A stretch of DNA of 64,000 bases from Candidatus Multivoradales bacterium (GTDB lineage: Bacteria; Acidobacteriota; Thermoanaerobaculia; Multivoradales; J023). The DNA lies in assembly GCA_965248925.1 (NCBI GenBank), contig CBDFLE010000005.1, positions 2,112,001-2,176,000 on the forward strand, written 5' to 3'. The position numbers and the translations under genes were made by a program. Under the pieces are notes generated by a model that was not told where the DNA came from, did no database searches, and saw nothing but the letters and a program-made list of their open reading frames with translations. Positions 8,488 to 18,854 of the stretch are shown piece by piece (position 1 is the first letter of the stretch; the number at the start of each line of letters is the position of its first letter).

Positions 8488-11400
8488 ATGCAAATGCGTC
8501 GCACCCTCGCCGCCTCGTTGGTAATGCTGGTCACCAGCGCTCACCCCGGACTCGCCCAGGCCGAAACGGCCGCCACAGCCGAGGCCGTCAGGCCACCGAG
8601 CTTCACCTTTGGCAAGTCCCTCGACCTCGCTCTTCCCGCCGGGTCCGATCCGACACACCTGATCGTCAAGGTCGCCAAGCCGGCGGCGATACCGACGGAT
8701 CGGGCCAAGGCCGATGGCACCCTGACCACCAACGCCAGCACGCCGGCTCTGCTCGACACCCTAAGAGCGCGGGTCGGCGGAATGACCGTCATGCCTCTAT
8801 TCGACATGCCGCGGCTGGCGCTCGACATGTTGCGCCTGGAGGGGGAGCGGCGCAGCGGCAAACGGTTGGTCGATCTCTCGACCTTCTACGTCGTGCGCCT
8901 CGGCGACGCCGCCGCCGCCGCCGATGTTCTGGCGGCGTTGCTGCTCGACGACAATGTCGAGACGGTCTACGCTCGACCGAGCACCACCGGGCCGGTAGAC
9001 ATCGCCCCTCCCACTCCCTACTACGGAAGCGGACAGACCTACCGCGGCATCGGCCCGGACGGCGTCGATTTCGATAGTGCGACCAGCGCGCCGGAGAATC
9101 TGAGCGGCGCCGGAGTGACCCTCGCCGACGTGGAGCAGAATTGGAGCCTCGACCATGAAGACCTCGATCACCTGCTGGCCTCGCAGATGCCGGCGGCACC
9201 GCTGGTGCCGGTCTGCGATTGGGCGGATGCCGATTGCGACAATCCTCTCGGTCGCTGCTCGACCCGACCGACCAGCTGCACCAACCCGGCGGATGTCGAT
9301 CACGGCATGGCCGTTCTCGGTGTGCTGACTGCCAACCGTGGTTCCTACGGCGTCGACGGCTTCGCCACCGGCGCCACTATCCGAGTGGTGCCCACCAGCC
9401 GGCTGAGCAACCCGAACTGGACCGGGGTCAATGCCGTCATGACGGCGATTCTGGCGCTAGATCCCGGCGATATCATCCTGTTGGAAGCACAGATCCAGGT
9501 GGGCTTGGCAGACTTCGTCCCCTTCGAGACCTTCCCGGCAGAGTTCGCCGTCGTCGAGCAAGCGACGGCGCTGGGGATTCATGTCATCGAGCCCGCCGCC
9601 AACACGCTCCATGGCATGAATCTCGATACCGACCCGCGAGTCCTCGAGCCCGGCAGCACCGGACCGCTACCGCGCAGCCTCTTCAACCGCTATGTTCGCG
9701 ACTCCGGCTCGGTGCTGGTCGGTGGCGGCGATTCGGCCTCTTTCTTTCAGCAGCCCAACGGCAACTACCATCGCCGCTATTGCAACTCGAACTACGGCAG
9801 CCGGGTCGACACCTACGCCTGGGGACAGAACGTCACCACCGCCGGCTACGCCGGACGAATTCCGGGTGCCGGCTGCAACCTACACACCAGCAGCCCGAAC
9901 CTGAATCAAGATTACACCGCCTGTTTCAACGGCACCTCCAGTGCCGGCGCCATCGCCGCCGCCGCCGCCGCCCTGCTCGAAGAGCGCCACCAGCGAGACT
10001 ATGGACGCCCTTTCAGTCCTCGCGAATTGCGCAACCACCTGAGCCTCGGCACCCCTTCGACCGCGCCCATAATCTCCACCTGCGCCAACGTCGTCGGCAC
10101 CGTCGGCCACCAACCGGATCTCAGGTATGCCATGGACTTCCTCGATCAGGGCGGCATCATCAGCCATCTATTCGAGGCTGAGCCCGGAGTCGCCACCGGC
10201 AGCCCCGAGTATGAGTTCGGTGCCGCGATCGCCGAAGTTGGTGATCTGGACCAGGACGGCACGGTCGATCTGGCGATTGGCGCGCCGAATACCACCGTGC
10301 CGAACGGCACCGGTGGGACGATCACCGAGGCCGGCAGAGTCTACGTCTTCTCCGGCCGCTCTGGCCGGCTGCTGCTCCGCCAGGATGGCACCCAGGCTTT
10401 CGAGCACTTCGGCTCGGCGGTCGCCAAGCTGGATAGCTGGCCGGGCTTTCCTTGGGGTGGCGTGGCCATTGGCGCCTCTGGCTGGGACGACACCACCGCA
10501 TCGCTCACCGATGCCGGCGATGTTCGAACTTTCTGGTATATCCCAATTTCGACCACGCCGAGCGGCAACTCACTGCAGCCAATCCCCGGATCGGCCTACA
10601 ACGGAACGACCACCAGCGAGTTCTATGGCGAAGCGATCGCCTATCTGGCGCCGGACCGGATCTTGATCGGCGCTCCCGGCGACGTCCAGGCCTTCCCCGC
10701 TGCGGTGACGGGCAGCGCGACGGTGTTAAGAGCCACCGGCCAGGTGCTTTACAAGAGCAGCGGCACCGCGATTGGCGATGACCATGGATATGCTGTTGCC
10801 GCCGCTGGCGATCTCAACAGTGACGGGACTACCGACTGGCTGGTCGGTGCTCCGGGCGCGGTCGTTTCGAGCGTCGCCGATTCTGGAACCGTCACCGCCT
10901 TCTCCGGTGCCACCGGCACCGTGCTGTTCTCCAAGAAGGGTGATCGGGTGGTCAATCTCTCGACTCCGGCCTTGCGCTACGGTTCCGCCCTGGCGACGGT
11001 CGACTTCGATAGCGACGGCACCCCCGAGGTCGCGGTCGGGGTGCCGGGCTCGCCTCATTCCGGTCCCGGATCGACCACCGGACGGGTCGACTTGCTGGAC
11101 AAGAGCGGCAATCGCCTGGCTTGGGTCTCGGGCACCCATCCGCGCTCTTTCTTCGGCTCTTCCCTGGCCTCGGTCGGCGATTTCGACGGCGACGGCTTTG
11201 ACGATCTGGCGGTCGGCGTGCCAACCAATACCTCCGCGTTCTTCCTCGCCACTCCCGGTGGCGAGGTGGTGATCTTGCGCGGCCGCAAGCCCAACAACGA
11301 CGGCAGCTACACGCCGATCGCCCAGCGGCGCTTCTGGACCCTCGCTCCGCGCACCCAGTGGGGCTCAGCGGTGGCGGTATCAGCCGACTTGAACGGCGAC

Positions 11401-11937
11401 GGCAACCCGGAGGTCTTCGCCGCCGAGCCGTTCGGGCAAGATGGTGGGCGGGCGTTCATCTTCAGCTCCGGGCCGGCGCCCGATCCCTGGGCCAACCAGC
11501 CGCGGCTGATCGCCGACGCCGGGGTGATCGAGGTCAAAGACGTCTCGACCAACGGCCAGGCGTCCGGCTGTGACGGCCTCACCGGTGGCCTCACCTCACC
11601 CGCGGACAGCAGCTTCGTCATCGATGCCGGGCCCGCTTGGGCCGGAGAGAGTTTCGCCGTCCTCGGCATCGATGCCAACGGCGCCTTCATCGACTGGGGC
11701 CCGTTCCTGGTCAACAACATCGGCACTCTCGATGCCAATGGGCGCAGCCCGCTGATCTCACCACCGACCCTCGGTCCCTTCCCGGCCAATCAGACCTGTC
11801 CGACCTTCATCGGCGCAAGTTTCGATTTCCTTGGCGTGGCGTTCAAACTGCGGGGAGGAGTCATCACTGAATTGCAAGTCACCAATCAAACATCGGTACA
11901 GCTAATCACCGAATTCACCAACTGCACCTGCCCGTAG
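8488..11937 (+). CDS. Secreted S8 (subtilisin-like) serine peptidase with FG-GAP/integrin-alpha repeats
   Basis: Signal peptide; catalytic D (LADVE), H (DHGMAVLG), oxyanion N (EPAAN) and S (FNGTSSA); several FG-GAP and DxDxDG repeats; AAAGGA RBS. Confidence 0.9.
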   Translation: MQMRRTLAASLVMLVTSAHPGLAQAETAATAEAVRPPSFTFGKSLDLALPAGSDPTHLIVKVAKPAAIPTDRAKADGTLTTNASTPALLDTLRARVGGMTVMPLFDMPRLALDMLRLEGERRSGKRLVDLSTFYVVRLGDAAAAADVLAALLLDDNVETVYARPSTTGPVDIAPPTPYYGSGQTYRGIGPDGVDFDSATSAPENLSGAGVTLADVEQNWSLDHEDLDHLLASQMPAAPLVPVCDWADADCDNPLGRCSTRPTSCTNPADVDHGMAVLGVLTANRGSYGVDGFATGATIRVVPTSRLSNPNWTGVNAVMTAILALDPGDIILLEAQIQVGLADFVPFETFPAEFAVVEQATALGIHVIEPAANTLHGMNLDTDPRVLEPGSTGPLPRSLFNRYVRDSGSVLVGGGDSASFFQQPNGNYHRRYCNSNYGSRVDTYAWGQNVTTAGYAGRIPGAGCNLHTSSPNLNQDYTACFNGTSSAGAIAAAAAALLEERHQRDYGRPFSPRELRNHLSLGTPSTAPIISTCANVVGTVGHQPDLRYAMDFLDQGGIISHLFEAEPGVATGSPEYEFGAAIAEVGDLDQDGTVDLAIGAPNTTVPNGTGGTITEAGRVYVFSGRSGRLLLRQDGTQAFEHFGSAVAKLDSWPGFPWGGVAIGASGWDDTTASLTDAGDVRTFWYIPISTTPSGNSLQPIPGSAYNGTTTSEFYGEAIAYLAPDRILIGAPGDVQAFPAAVTGSATVLRATGQVLYKSSGTAIGDDHGYAVAAAGDLNSDGTTDWLVGAPGAVVSSVADSGTVTAFSGATGTVLFSKKGDRVVNLSTPALRYGSALATVDFDSDGTPEVAVGVPGSPHSGPGSTTGRVDLLDKSGNRLAWVSGTHPRSFFGSSLASVGDFDGDGFDDLAVGVPTNTSAFFLATPGGEVVILRGRKPNNDGSYTPIAQRRFWTLAPRTQWGSAVAVSADLNGDGNPEVFAAEPFGQDGGRAFIFSSGPAPDPWANQPRLIADAGVIEVKDVSTNGQASGCDGLTGGLTSPADSSFVIDAGPAWAGESFAVLGIDANGAFIDWGPFLVNNIGTLDANGRSPLISPPTLGPFPANQTCPTFIGASFDFLGVAFKLRGGVITELQVTNQTSVQLITEFTNCTCP

Positions 11938-11995
11938 CAATGCTCCGCGCCGTCTCCGGTACCGGCGTCAGCGCGGCTTCTCGCTAACTGGAGTT

Positions 11996-12029
11996 CAGAC
12001 CTTCGGCCAAGTCACTAGCCGAAGGTCTG
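11996..12029 (+). terminator. Hairpin, probable terminator
   Basis: 12-bp stem CAGACCTTCGGC...GCCGAAGGTCTG downstream of the S8 gene; no clear U-tract. Confidence 0.55.
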
Positions 12030-12165
12030 GCTGCGAAGCAATAAATAGCCTCATCGCAATACCAGTAGCGCGGCGACTGCCATCGCGACCCCGCTGTTCT
12101 TCTTGCCGCGGCCGACTGGGTCACCTGATCGAGTGCTAGGCTCCACCACCAACTAGGAGTGCTCG

Positions 12166-12672
12166 ATGTCGCCCAGCCCCCCTGTGCCGTTGTCCAATTC
12201 CCGTCTTGAAGAGCTTCTCGAGCCCAGCTTTAGCGGCTCGCGGCTGAACCTATTCTCGATCCGGGCGTGCTTCTTCGTTGCCTTCTTCGGCGGCGTCTTT
12301 GCCACCGCCGTTTTCGGCCTGGTCAACGCCAGCCGCATGAGTCGAGGGTGGAGGGACGGCTGGATCTATGTGCTGGCGGCGATCGTCTGGGCGGTATTTG
12401 TGGTCTGGGCCGCCTATGGCCTGACCACCGGAACCCTCCCGTCGTGGTTGCGCTTCGCCGGTTCAGGGCGCTCGCTACGCTATGCCGGACGCTTCGTAGC
12501 TTTGGCGGTTCTGGGCCTGATGTACCTGCGGCAGAAGACCTTTTTCCGCACCCAGGAACTCACCGGCGCCGACCCCGCCGATCCATGGCCGGTGGCCTTG
12601 AGCGCCTTCGCGGCGGCCTTTTTCATCACCTCCGGTTTGGCCTTGATCGGCCATCTCATGGCGGGCGCATAA
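12166..12672 (+). CDS. Hypothetical integral membrane protein
   Basis: AGGAG RBS and about 4 hydrophobic helices. Confidence 0.75.
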   Translation: MSPSPPVPLSNSRLEELLEPSFSGSRLNLFSIRACFFVAFFGGVFATAVFGLVNASRMSRGWRDGWIYVLAAIVWAVFVVWAAYGLTTGTLPSWLRFAGSGRSLRYAGRFVALAVLGLMYLRQKTFFRTQELTGADPADPWPVALSAFAAAFFITSGLALIGHLMAGA

Positions 12673-12807
12673 GGGACGGCGAATTTTGCTTAGCGGCCGC
12701 TTGCCGCTATTCGAAGAACGCCAACTCGGCGGCGTCTACGACGAAGCCGAGCGGCTCATCACCGATCAGTTCCGCAAATTCGCTAGTTCGGCGGCGCTAG
12801 GCTACCG

Positions 12808-13049
12808 CCACCACCAACGCTGTCAGCAGCCAGCCGCCCCTCACTTCGAGTTCAGCGGCTCGCCCATCTTTGGTGGTTGGAATGGGTCGTCTCTTTGCAC
12901 CAGTCGCGAACCGCAGCCTGGCCTCGGATAGCGCGTGGAAGCCTGCAACGGCGCCCATAACATCGCTGCAAGATGAACCTCCCGAACCCCAAGCCGTAAA
13001 GCCTGATAGCTGCTGAAGACCCAACCATGGAAATTCGCCGGGCGCCGCC
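12808..13049. repeat. Diverged copy of 22427..22682 (5' end and upstream region of the YfhO-like gene)
   Basis: Shared blocks CGCTGTCAGCAGCCAGCC, CGGCTCGCCCATCTTTGGTGGTTGGA, AGATGAAC and GACCCAACCATGGAA occur in the same order. Confidence 0.85.
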
Positions 13050-13098
13050 ATGAGATCCAGATCTCGCCTCGCGAACTCACTACAAAGAGAATCTCAGC

Positions 13099-15585
13099 AT
13101 GACTCACCGAGCCGAGCACCACGACCCGAGGAAAGGGATCGCCCGAGACGAAACCCAGACTTTCGCCGGCACGGGGACCCCAAGATCCACTGGACCGACC
13201 CTGCACCGTGGAAAACTCCTCGGAAGATATGTCGTTCTCTACGCTTTGGGAAGCGGTGGCATGGGCACCGTCTATGCCGCCTTCGATCCCGAGCTTGAGC
13301 GCAAAGTCGCTCTCAAAGTCCTGCGCCACGACCTCCGCCGGTCCGCAGGCGCCGCCGCCCAAGCGAAACTCCGCCGCGAAGCCCAGGCAATAGCCAAGCT
13401 CGCCCATCCCAACGTGGTGGCGGTCCACGATGTCGGCAGGGTCGAGGATCAGTTGTTTATCGCGATGGAGATCATCGAAGGCTCGACCCTGGGCCAGTGG
13501 CTAGACCGGCCAGGGGTCAATTGGCGACAGGTGATCGAGGTTTTTCTCCAGGCTGGACGGGGCCTGGCCGCCGCCCACGATCAGGGCCTGATCCATCGCG
13601 ATTTCAAGCCGAGCAACGTCATGGTCGGAGCCGACGGAAGAGTCCGCGTGCTCGACTTTGGCCTCGCCCGTGCCGCGGATTCCCCACTCCCACACCCACA
13701 GGTCGATCGCGAAGACTCGATGAGTTCCGGAACCGTGCCTGTTAGACCCTCGATACGACCCCAAATGACAACCTCCCGAGGCTTGGGAACCCCGGCCTAC
13801 GTTGCCCCTGAGCTGCTGACCGGGGCCTCCCCCGACGCAAGATCCGATCAATATAGTTTCTGCCTCTCCTTCTATGAATCACTGCACAGCGAGCTGCCGG
13901 GAGCCACCACTAGCGGCCGCAACCAGCAACCGAGAATCCCCAGATGGCTCCGTCAACTGCTTGCCCGTGGTCTCTCTCCAGACCCCGATCAGCGCTTTAA
14001 GTCGATGAGAGCCTTGCTCGCAGCGCTCGAAAAAGGCGCTCACCGGCGAGCCAGGCAGTGGCTAGTGGTGGCAGTACTGGCAACTGCCACGGTGACGTCC
14101 TTCGGCCTCTGGCGCTCCTTTCGGCCACTCAACCCGATGCTTTGCCAAGGTGCTGAACGCCGGCTAGAGGGGATTTGGGACGAGCAACGCAAGGCGGCGG
14201 GCTTGGCCGCCTTCACCGCTGTTGGCGAACCCTTCGTGATGGACACCTGGGAGCAAGTCAGCGCGACTCTGGATTCCTACACCGCCAACTGGACCCGGCA
14301 GAACGTCGAAGCCTGCGAAGCCACCCATCTACGGGGTGAGCAGAGCGAGCAGCTGCTCGATCTGCAAGTAGCCTGCCTCGATCGGCGACTGCAGGAAGTC
14401 GAGGCGGCTACTGATCTCCTCCTCGAGGCAGACGAGCAGATCGCCTACAACGCGATCAAACTTGCCAACTTACCCGGCGATCTTGGGCTCTGTTCCGACC
14501 GCGAAGCGCTGCTGGCGGATCTTCCACCGCCGCCGAATCCCGAAACCGCCAGCCGAGTCAGCGAGATTCGAGCGCTGCTCGTCGAGGCCCGGGCGCTAGA
14601 CAACGCCGGCAAATATCACCAAGCCCACTCTGTCGCCATCTCGGCGACGAAGCAGGCCGCCGATTTGCCCTACCTACCGATCCAAGGCGAGGCTTTGTTT
14701 CGCCTCAGCCAGGAGGCGGCTCGGGCCGGCCAGCGAGCACAGATGACCGATACCCTGCTCGAGGTTGCCAGAATTGCCCTCACCGCCAGCCACGACGAGC
14801 TACTGGCGCGCGCTCTGACCCACTTGATTCTGGCCAGTTGGCTGCGCGGCGAAGGAGCGGAAGCTCACCGCTGGGCCGATCTCGCGGAGGGAGCCATCGA
14901 GGGTCTGGCCCGGCCTCATGAGCTGATCAGCCAACGCTTCTTCTTCCTTGGCATGGTCGCCAACATGGAAGAGAAACCCGAGGCGGCGATCGCCTTCTTC
15001 CAGCAGTCGGCGGAGACCAATCTGAGGACCAATCCTCTCGACCACTTGGTGACGCTCAACAACCTGGGTGTCGCCCATCGCCTACTCGGTCAGCTTGACG
15101 AGGCACGGGCAAAGTATCAAGAAAGTCTGGAGGTGACCCGGCAAGCCTACGGTGCCCGACACCCGGCGCTGGCCGGTATTTATGTCAGTCTCGGCGAGCT
15201 GAGTCTGGACCAGGGAGACTTCGAGGCAGCACTGTCGTCCTACCGCGACTCCCTCACCATTAGCACCGCCGCCACCAGCGCCGCGGATCCCCACCGCTCC
15301 TTTGCCCTGATCGGGATCGGTCGAGCTCTCCTCGGTCTCGGTCGTCCTACCGCCGCCCTCGAACCGCTCGCCGAAGCTGTCCGCCTGGGCGAGGCTCAGA
15401 CCCTCGATCCCCTAACCCTGTCGATCAGTCGCTTTCAGCTGGCTCGGGCCCAATGGGATTCGGGAGCGGACCGGGGCCGCGCCAGAGGCCTCGCGGTGCA
15501 GGCAAGAAACACCCAACAAACCCTCGGCGAGCGCGCTGCCGCGGAGCTGACGGCATCAGAGACCTGGCTCGCCGAGCATCGTTGA
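13099..15585 (+). CDS. Ser/Thr protein kinase with TM helix and TPR repeats
   Basis: LGSGGMGTV, VALK, HRDFKPSN, DFG and GTPAYVAPE motifs; extracytoplasmic Cys-containing helical domain and TPRs. Confidence 0.95.
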   Translation: MTHRAEHHDPRKGIARDETQTFAGTGTPRSTGPTLHRGKLLGRYVVLYALGSGGMGTVYAAFDPELERKVALKVLRHDLRRSAGAAAQAKLRREAQAIAKLAHPNVVAVHDVGRVEDQLFIAMEIIEGSTLGQWLDRPGVNWRQVIEVFLQAGRGLAAAHDQGLIHRDFKPSNVMVGADGRVRVLDFGLARAADSPLPHPQVDREDSMSSGTVPVRPSIRPQMTTSRGLGTPAYVAPELLTGASPDARSDQYSFCLSFYESLHSELPGATTSGRNQQPRIPRWLRQLLARGLSPDPDQRFKSMRALLAALEKGAHRRARQWLVVAVLATATVTSFGLWRSFRPLNPMLCQGAERRLEGIWDEQRKAAGLAAFTAVGEPFVMDTWEQVSATLDSYTANWTRQNVEACEATHLRGEQSEQLLDLQVACLDRRLQEVEAATDLLLEADEQIAYNAIKLANLPGDLGLCSDREALLADLPPPPNPETASRVSEIRALLVEARALDNAGKYHQAHSVAISATKQAADLPYLPIQGEALFRLSQEAARAGQRAQMTDTLLEVARIALTASHDELLARALTHLILASWLRGEGAEAHRWADLAEGAIEGLARPHELISQRFFFLGMVANMEEKPEAAIAFFQQSAETNLRTNPLDHLVTLNNLGVAHRLLGQLDEARAKYQESLEVTRQAYGARHPALAGIYVSLGELSLDQGDFEAALSSYRDSLTISTAATSAADPHRSFALIGIGRALLGLGRPTAALEPLAEAVRLGEAQTLDPLTLSISRFQLARAQWDSGADRGRARGLAVQARNTQQTLGERAAAELTASETWLAEHR

Positions 15586-15649
15586 AAGAGGGAGCCAGCA
15601 GAAGCGCCGGCCCCCTTCACCGCTCAATCAGCGAGATCGAAGTGCCCGC

Positions 15650-16633
15650 TCACCAGCAGAAGTTGGACGAAGGAAGAGGCGCGAAGCAGCTCCCAGGAAA
15701 AGCAAAGGTCCAACAGTACGAAGTCTCGTTCGCGACACTTTGCGAAGTCGTCGTACTGCAATTGGCGTGGGTTGTAGTAGTCGTCGTGGTGACTCTGAAG
15801 ACCCGTCGAGTATCAAAGTAGAAATCGATCGGATAGGGAGCGAAGAATCTGCGGTCTTGAACACAGGTCGGCCCACCTATGAAGGTCTCTGAGATCAGCA
15901 CAAACGACTGAGTCGTCGTGGTCTTCGGAGTGCAAGTGGCAGGAACGCAATCATCAAGACATTGTTCGTAATCGTCATCACATGCGAGATGGCATGAGAA
16001 GGGAGGGCCTCCGCAAGCGTTGTGACAGGCAGTCTCTTCTGCCACGCATTGGTTCTCACAAGCACCCTTTGCGGCAACCGGATCAGCGATCCTGTGCTGC
16101 ACGGCGTCCGAGCTCAAGTTCGAGCTAAGGGCGTGAGGGGTAGGCATGTCCTGTTGTAACGCGGTGGTGCGCGATTCTAGCTCGGCTAAGGAAAGAGTCT
16201 CGAAGACCTCGCCATTGAGGCGTAGCACCAGCTCGACTTCACCATCGCTAGTCTTCTCCGTGCGGCGCAGCTGAGCCCGCCGAGCCGGATCGAGCGCCAG
16301 CAGCTCGACCACCGAGCCGCCGAGGTCCTGCTGCACAGGTCCCGCAGCGATCAGTGGTTTATGCTCGCGCAGCGTAATCTGCTCTAGAAACAGACTTCCG
16401 CCATCGAGAGTAGCCTCGAACTCGACGAAGTCCGCGCCGGCAACAAGCACTGTCGAAAACTGATAAAAAAGGAGCGTTCGATCGACTTCATAGGCGCCTT
16501 CGGTGACCAGGACGTCCGAACTCGCACGAAGTTTGGACAACAGCTCCTCGGTCTGGCAGCCTTCGCCAGCGGCGAACACCGGAACCGAGATCAGCAGACT
16601 GAGAGAGAGCAAGGCAAGGATGATTTTTTTCAT
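15650..16633 (-). CDS. Secreted protein with Cys-rich C-terminal region
   Basis: MKKIILALLSLSLLISVPVFA signal peptide after a GAGGA RBS; repeated CxxxC motifs. Confidence 0.85.
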   Translation of the reverse strand: MKKIILALLSLSLLISVPVFAAGEGCQTEELLSKLRASSDVLVTEGAYEVDRTLLFYQFSTVLVAGADFVEFEATLDGGSLFLEQITLREHKPLIAAGPVQQDLGGSVVELLALDPARRAQLRRTEKTSDGEVELVLRLNGEVFETLSLAELESRTTALQQDMPTPHALSSNLSSDAVQHRIADPVAAKGACENQCVAEETACHNACGGPPFSCHLACDDDYEQCLDDCVPATCTPKTTTTQSFVLISETFIGGPTCVQDRRFFAPYPIDFYFDTRRVFRVTTTTTTTHANCSTTTSQSVANETSYCWTFAFPGSCFAPLPSSNFCW

Positions 16634-16954
16634 AGTGAGGTATCCTCTGTCGATGATGAGCCGACGGCAGACCAGAGCGTCGCGGCCGGCGGAATGAACC
16701 TTTAGGACTTTGCTGTGTGATCTCTGGATCAGAACCGTATGCACGGCGCCAACCCGCATTGAAGAATTTCAGTCTCCTTTTCGAATAGTGCAGGCGGCCC
16801 TCTGATCGGCCAGCCACAGCCGATACTCGGTTCTCCCCGCGGGCTGTCGTCTCGGGTGTTTCTGTGAGCACCAATCAATATACAGTCCTCGATGTTGTCC
16901 TCGTTTGGGATGATGCCAACGACGATCGACCAGCACCCATCATTCTTTGCCAAG

Positions 16955-16971
16955 ATGCAAAGAGCTTGCCA
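16955..16971 (-). promoter_or_regulatory. Sigma54 (-24/-12) promoter
   Basis: Minus-strand TGGCAAGCTCTTTGCAT fits GG-N10-GC. It lies between the sigma54 activator and the secreted-protein gene. Confidence 0.8.
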
Positions 16972-17154
16972 CTCGAAGAAAAACCGTTGCGAGCGGGCTC
17001 TGCATAGAAATTGAGACAGCGACACAAACGAACGGTGCGCGTTTGCGACCCAACGGGTGCGAGGATCCGCTCACCCAGCACGCGGAACCGCGCGGATTGA
17101 GCACGCCCCCAGGAGGGGTCACTCGTAGCGCAACTCGGCTCTTGCCACAGCCTC

Positions 17155-18590
17155 TTAGAGAGGATGCCGCGCCAGGCGGCGGCGCAGGGCATCGCGGGAG
17201 ATTCCAAGCAAGGCAGCCGCTCGGGTCTTGTTACCACCTGTGCGCTGCATGGCTTCTTCGATGAAGAGTTTTCGATGTTTCTGAGATCTAGCTGGGTGAG
17301 GCGGCTCAGGTCAATTTCTTGAGGGTTGAACTCACCGGGCGGAGTGCTTGGCTCCGCATCTACGGCTAGCATTGACGGCGGCTCGAACGCACGGTTCGAG
17401 TCTAAGGCTTCCTCGACCAACTCTGCGCTGATCGCCTGCCCGTCGAGACAGAGATGCACCAGACGGCGGACTCCGTGCTCGAGTTCGCGGACGTTGCCCG
17501 GCCAAGGTCGGGCGGCCAGTCGTTCGAGAGCCCGGACAGTGATTCCCCGAACTGAGCGACCCGACTTTCGATTTGCCTTGACCAGGAAACTCTCGACGAG
17601 AAGCGGAATGTCCTGCCGCCGCCGGCGCAACGGCGGAATCTCCACTACTAGACCCGCCAGGCGATAGTAGAGGTCCTGGCGAAAGGCCTTTTCTCGCACC
17701 AGTCGATCGAGCTCGATGTTGGTCGAGGCAACAATCCGCACGTCCAACGACAGCGGCAGGCGCGCTCCCACCGGATCGACTTCTCTTTCCTGCAACACTC
17801 TCAGGATCTTTGCCTGGAGTGCGGTCGACATTTCGGCGATCTCGTCGAGAAAAAGAGTGCCTCCCTGCGCCTGGCGAAACTTGCCTGGCCTGGCGGCCAC
17901 CCCCGTCGCCACCCGCTCGCCGACCCCGAAGAGTTCCGACTCCAGAAGCTCAGCAGGAATCGCCGCGCAGTTGAATCCCACAAAGGGGCTGGAACGGCGG
18001 CCAGCCGAGGCATGAAGGATCCGCGCCAGGTACTCTTTGCCCACCCCGGTTTCGCCAACCAACAACACCGGCAGATCGCTGGCCGCCACTGCAAGAAGCT
18101 GCCGATAGAGGGCGATCATCGCCGCTGAACGCCCGACGACATAACCTTCTGGAAAAGCCAGGGGCGGGATCGGAGCTGGCGTCCCTGCTTTGGCCAGAGG
18201 AGTTTCCTGCGCCTCTTGAAAACGGTCGGCGGGTTGCGGGACGGCCAGGGTAACCGCTAGCGCACCGTCCTTCGAAGCGGCCTCTGTCAGCTGCAAACAC
18301 ACGGGTCCGAAGCGGATTTCGTCGTCGCTGTAGAGCTTCGTCTCGCCCACCGATATACCGTTGACGAAAGTCCCGTTCTTGCTCGCCAGATCCTCGACCC
18401 GGAGCCCGTCCTGATCCAAGAAGATCAGCGCATGACACATCGAAACACCGGCGATCGGCAGCAGAACTTCCGAACTCGCTGCGCGGCCGACCCGATTGGC
18501 ACCAGGCCGGAGCCCAAAGCGACACCTGCGGCCTTCGATCAAGCCACAGAGCGCTAGCTCCGGCGACAGACTTTTGTCCACACTCATCAT
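17155..18590 (-). CDS. FHA-domain sigma54-dependent activator (bEBP), frameshifted near 17270 before the Fis-type HTH
   Basis: FHA ([22 protein letters not shown]); AAA+ [37 protein letters not shown]. The [35 protein letters not shown] is in another frame ending at TAA 17155. Confidence 0.9.
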
Positions 18591-18748
18591 TAGCGCCTCC
18601 TCCTACCCTCGCCTACTAGTACTGCTGCCGTTGTGCTCGAAGATTCACCGCGCTTAGGGTCCCCGCCACCCACCGAGTGTCTCGGTCCGCTGCTCTGCGG
18701 CATATCGAGGCAGTTGCTACAGAAGCTTCAGCGCACCGACGCCGAGTG

Positions 18749-18854
18749 AACGACACCGAGTACCAGAGCGGTCTGACCTGCGCCCAGAACGTGGGGGCTG
18801 ATCTTGGCTTCCCGCCTGCTGTCGACGTCTGTGTCGCTAGCCAACCTTAGTCCT
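18749..18854 (+). pseudogene. Remnant copy of the 3' end of the BNR/Cys-repeat gene (25410..25514)
   Basis: Near-identical DNA, including ...GTCGCTAGCCAACCTTAGTCC. Confidence 0.9.

Noticed and set aside
12797-13051. 84-aa minus-strand ORF as a real gene
   Set aside because: It lies in the diverged duplicate of the yfhO upstream/5' region and ends right after the homology stops, so it is best read as a relic.
16875-17154. C-terminal extension of the bEBP in the ORF track
   Set aside because: It is an artefact of the frameshift. The region is intergenic and holds the sigma54 promoter.
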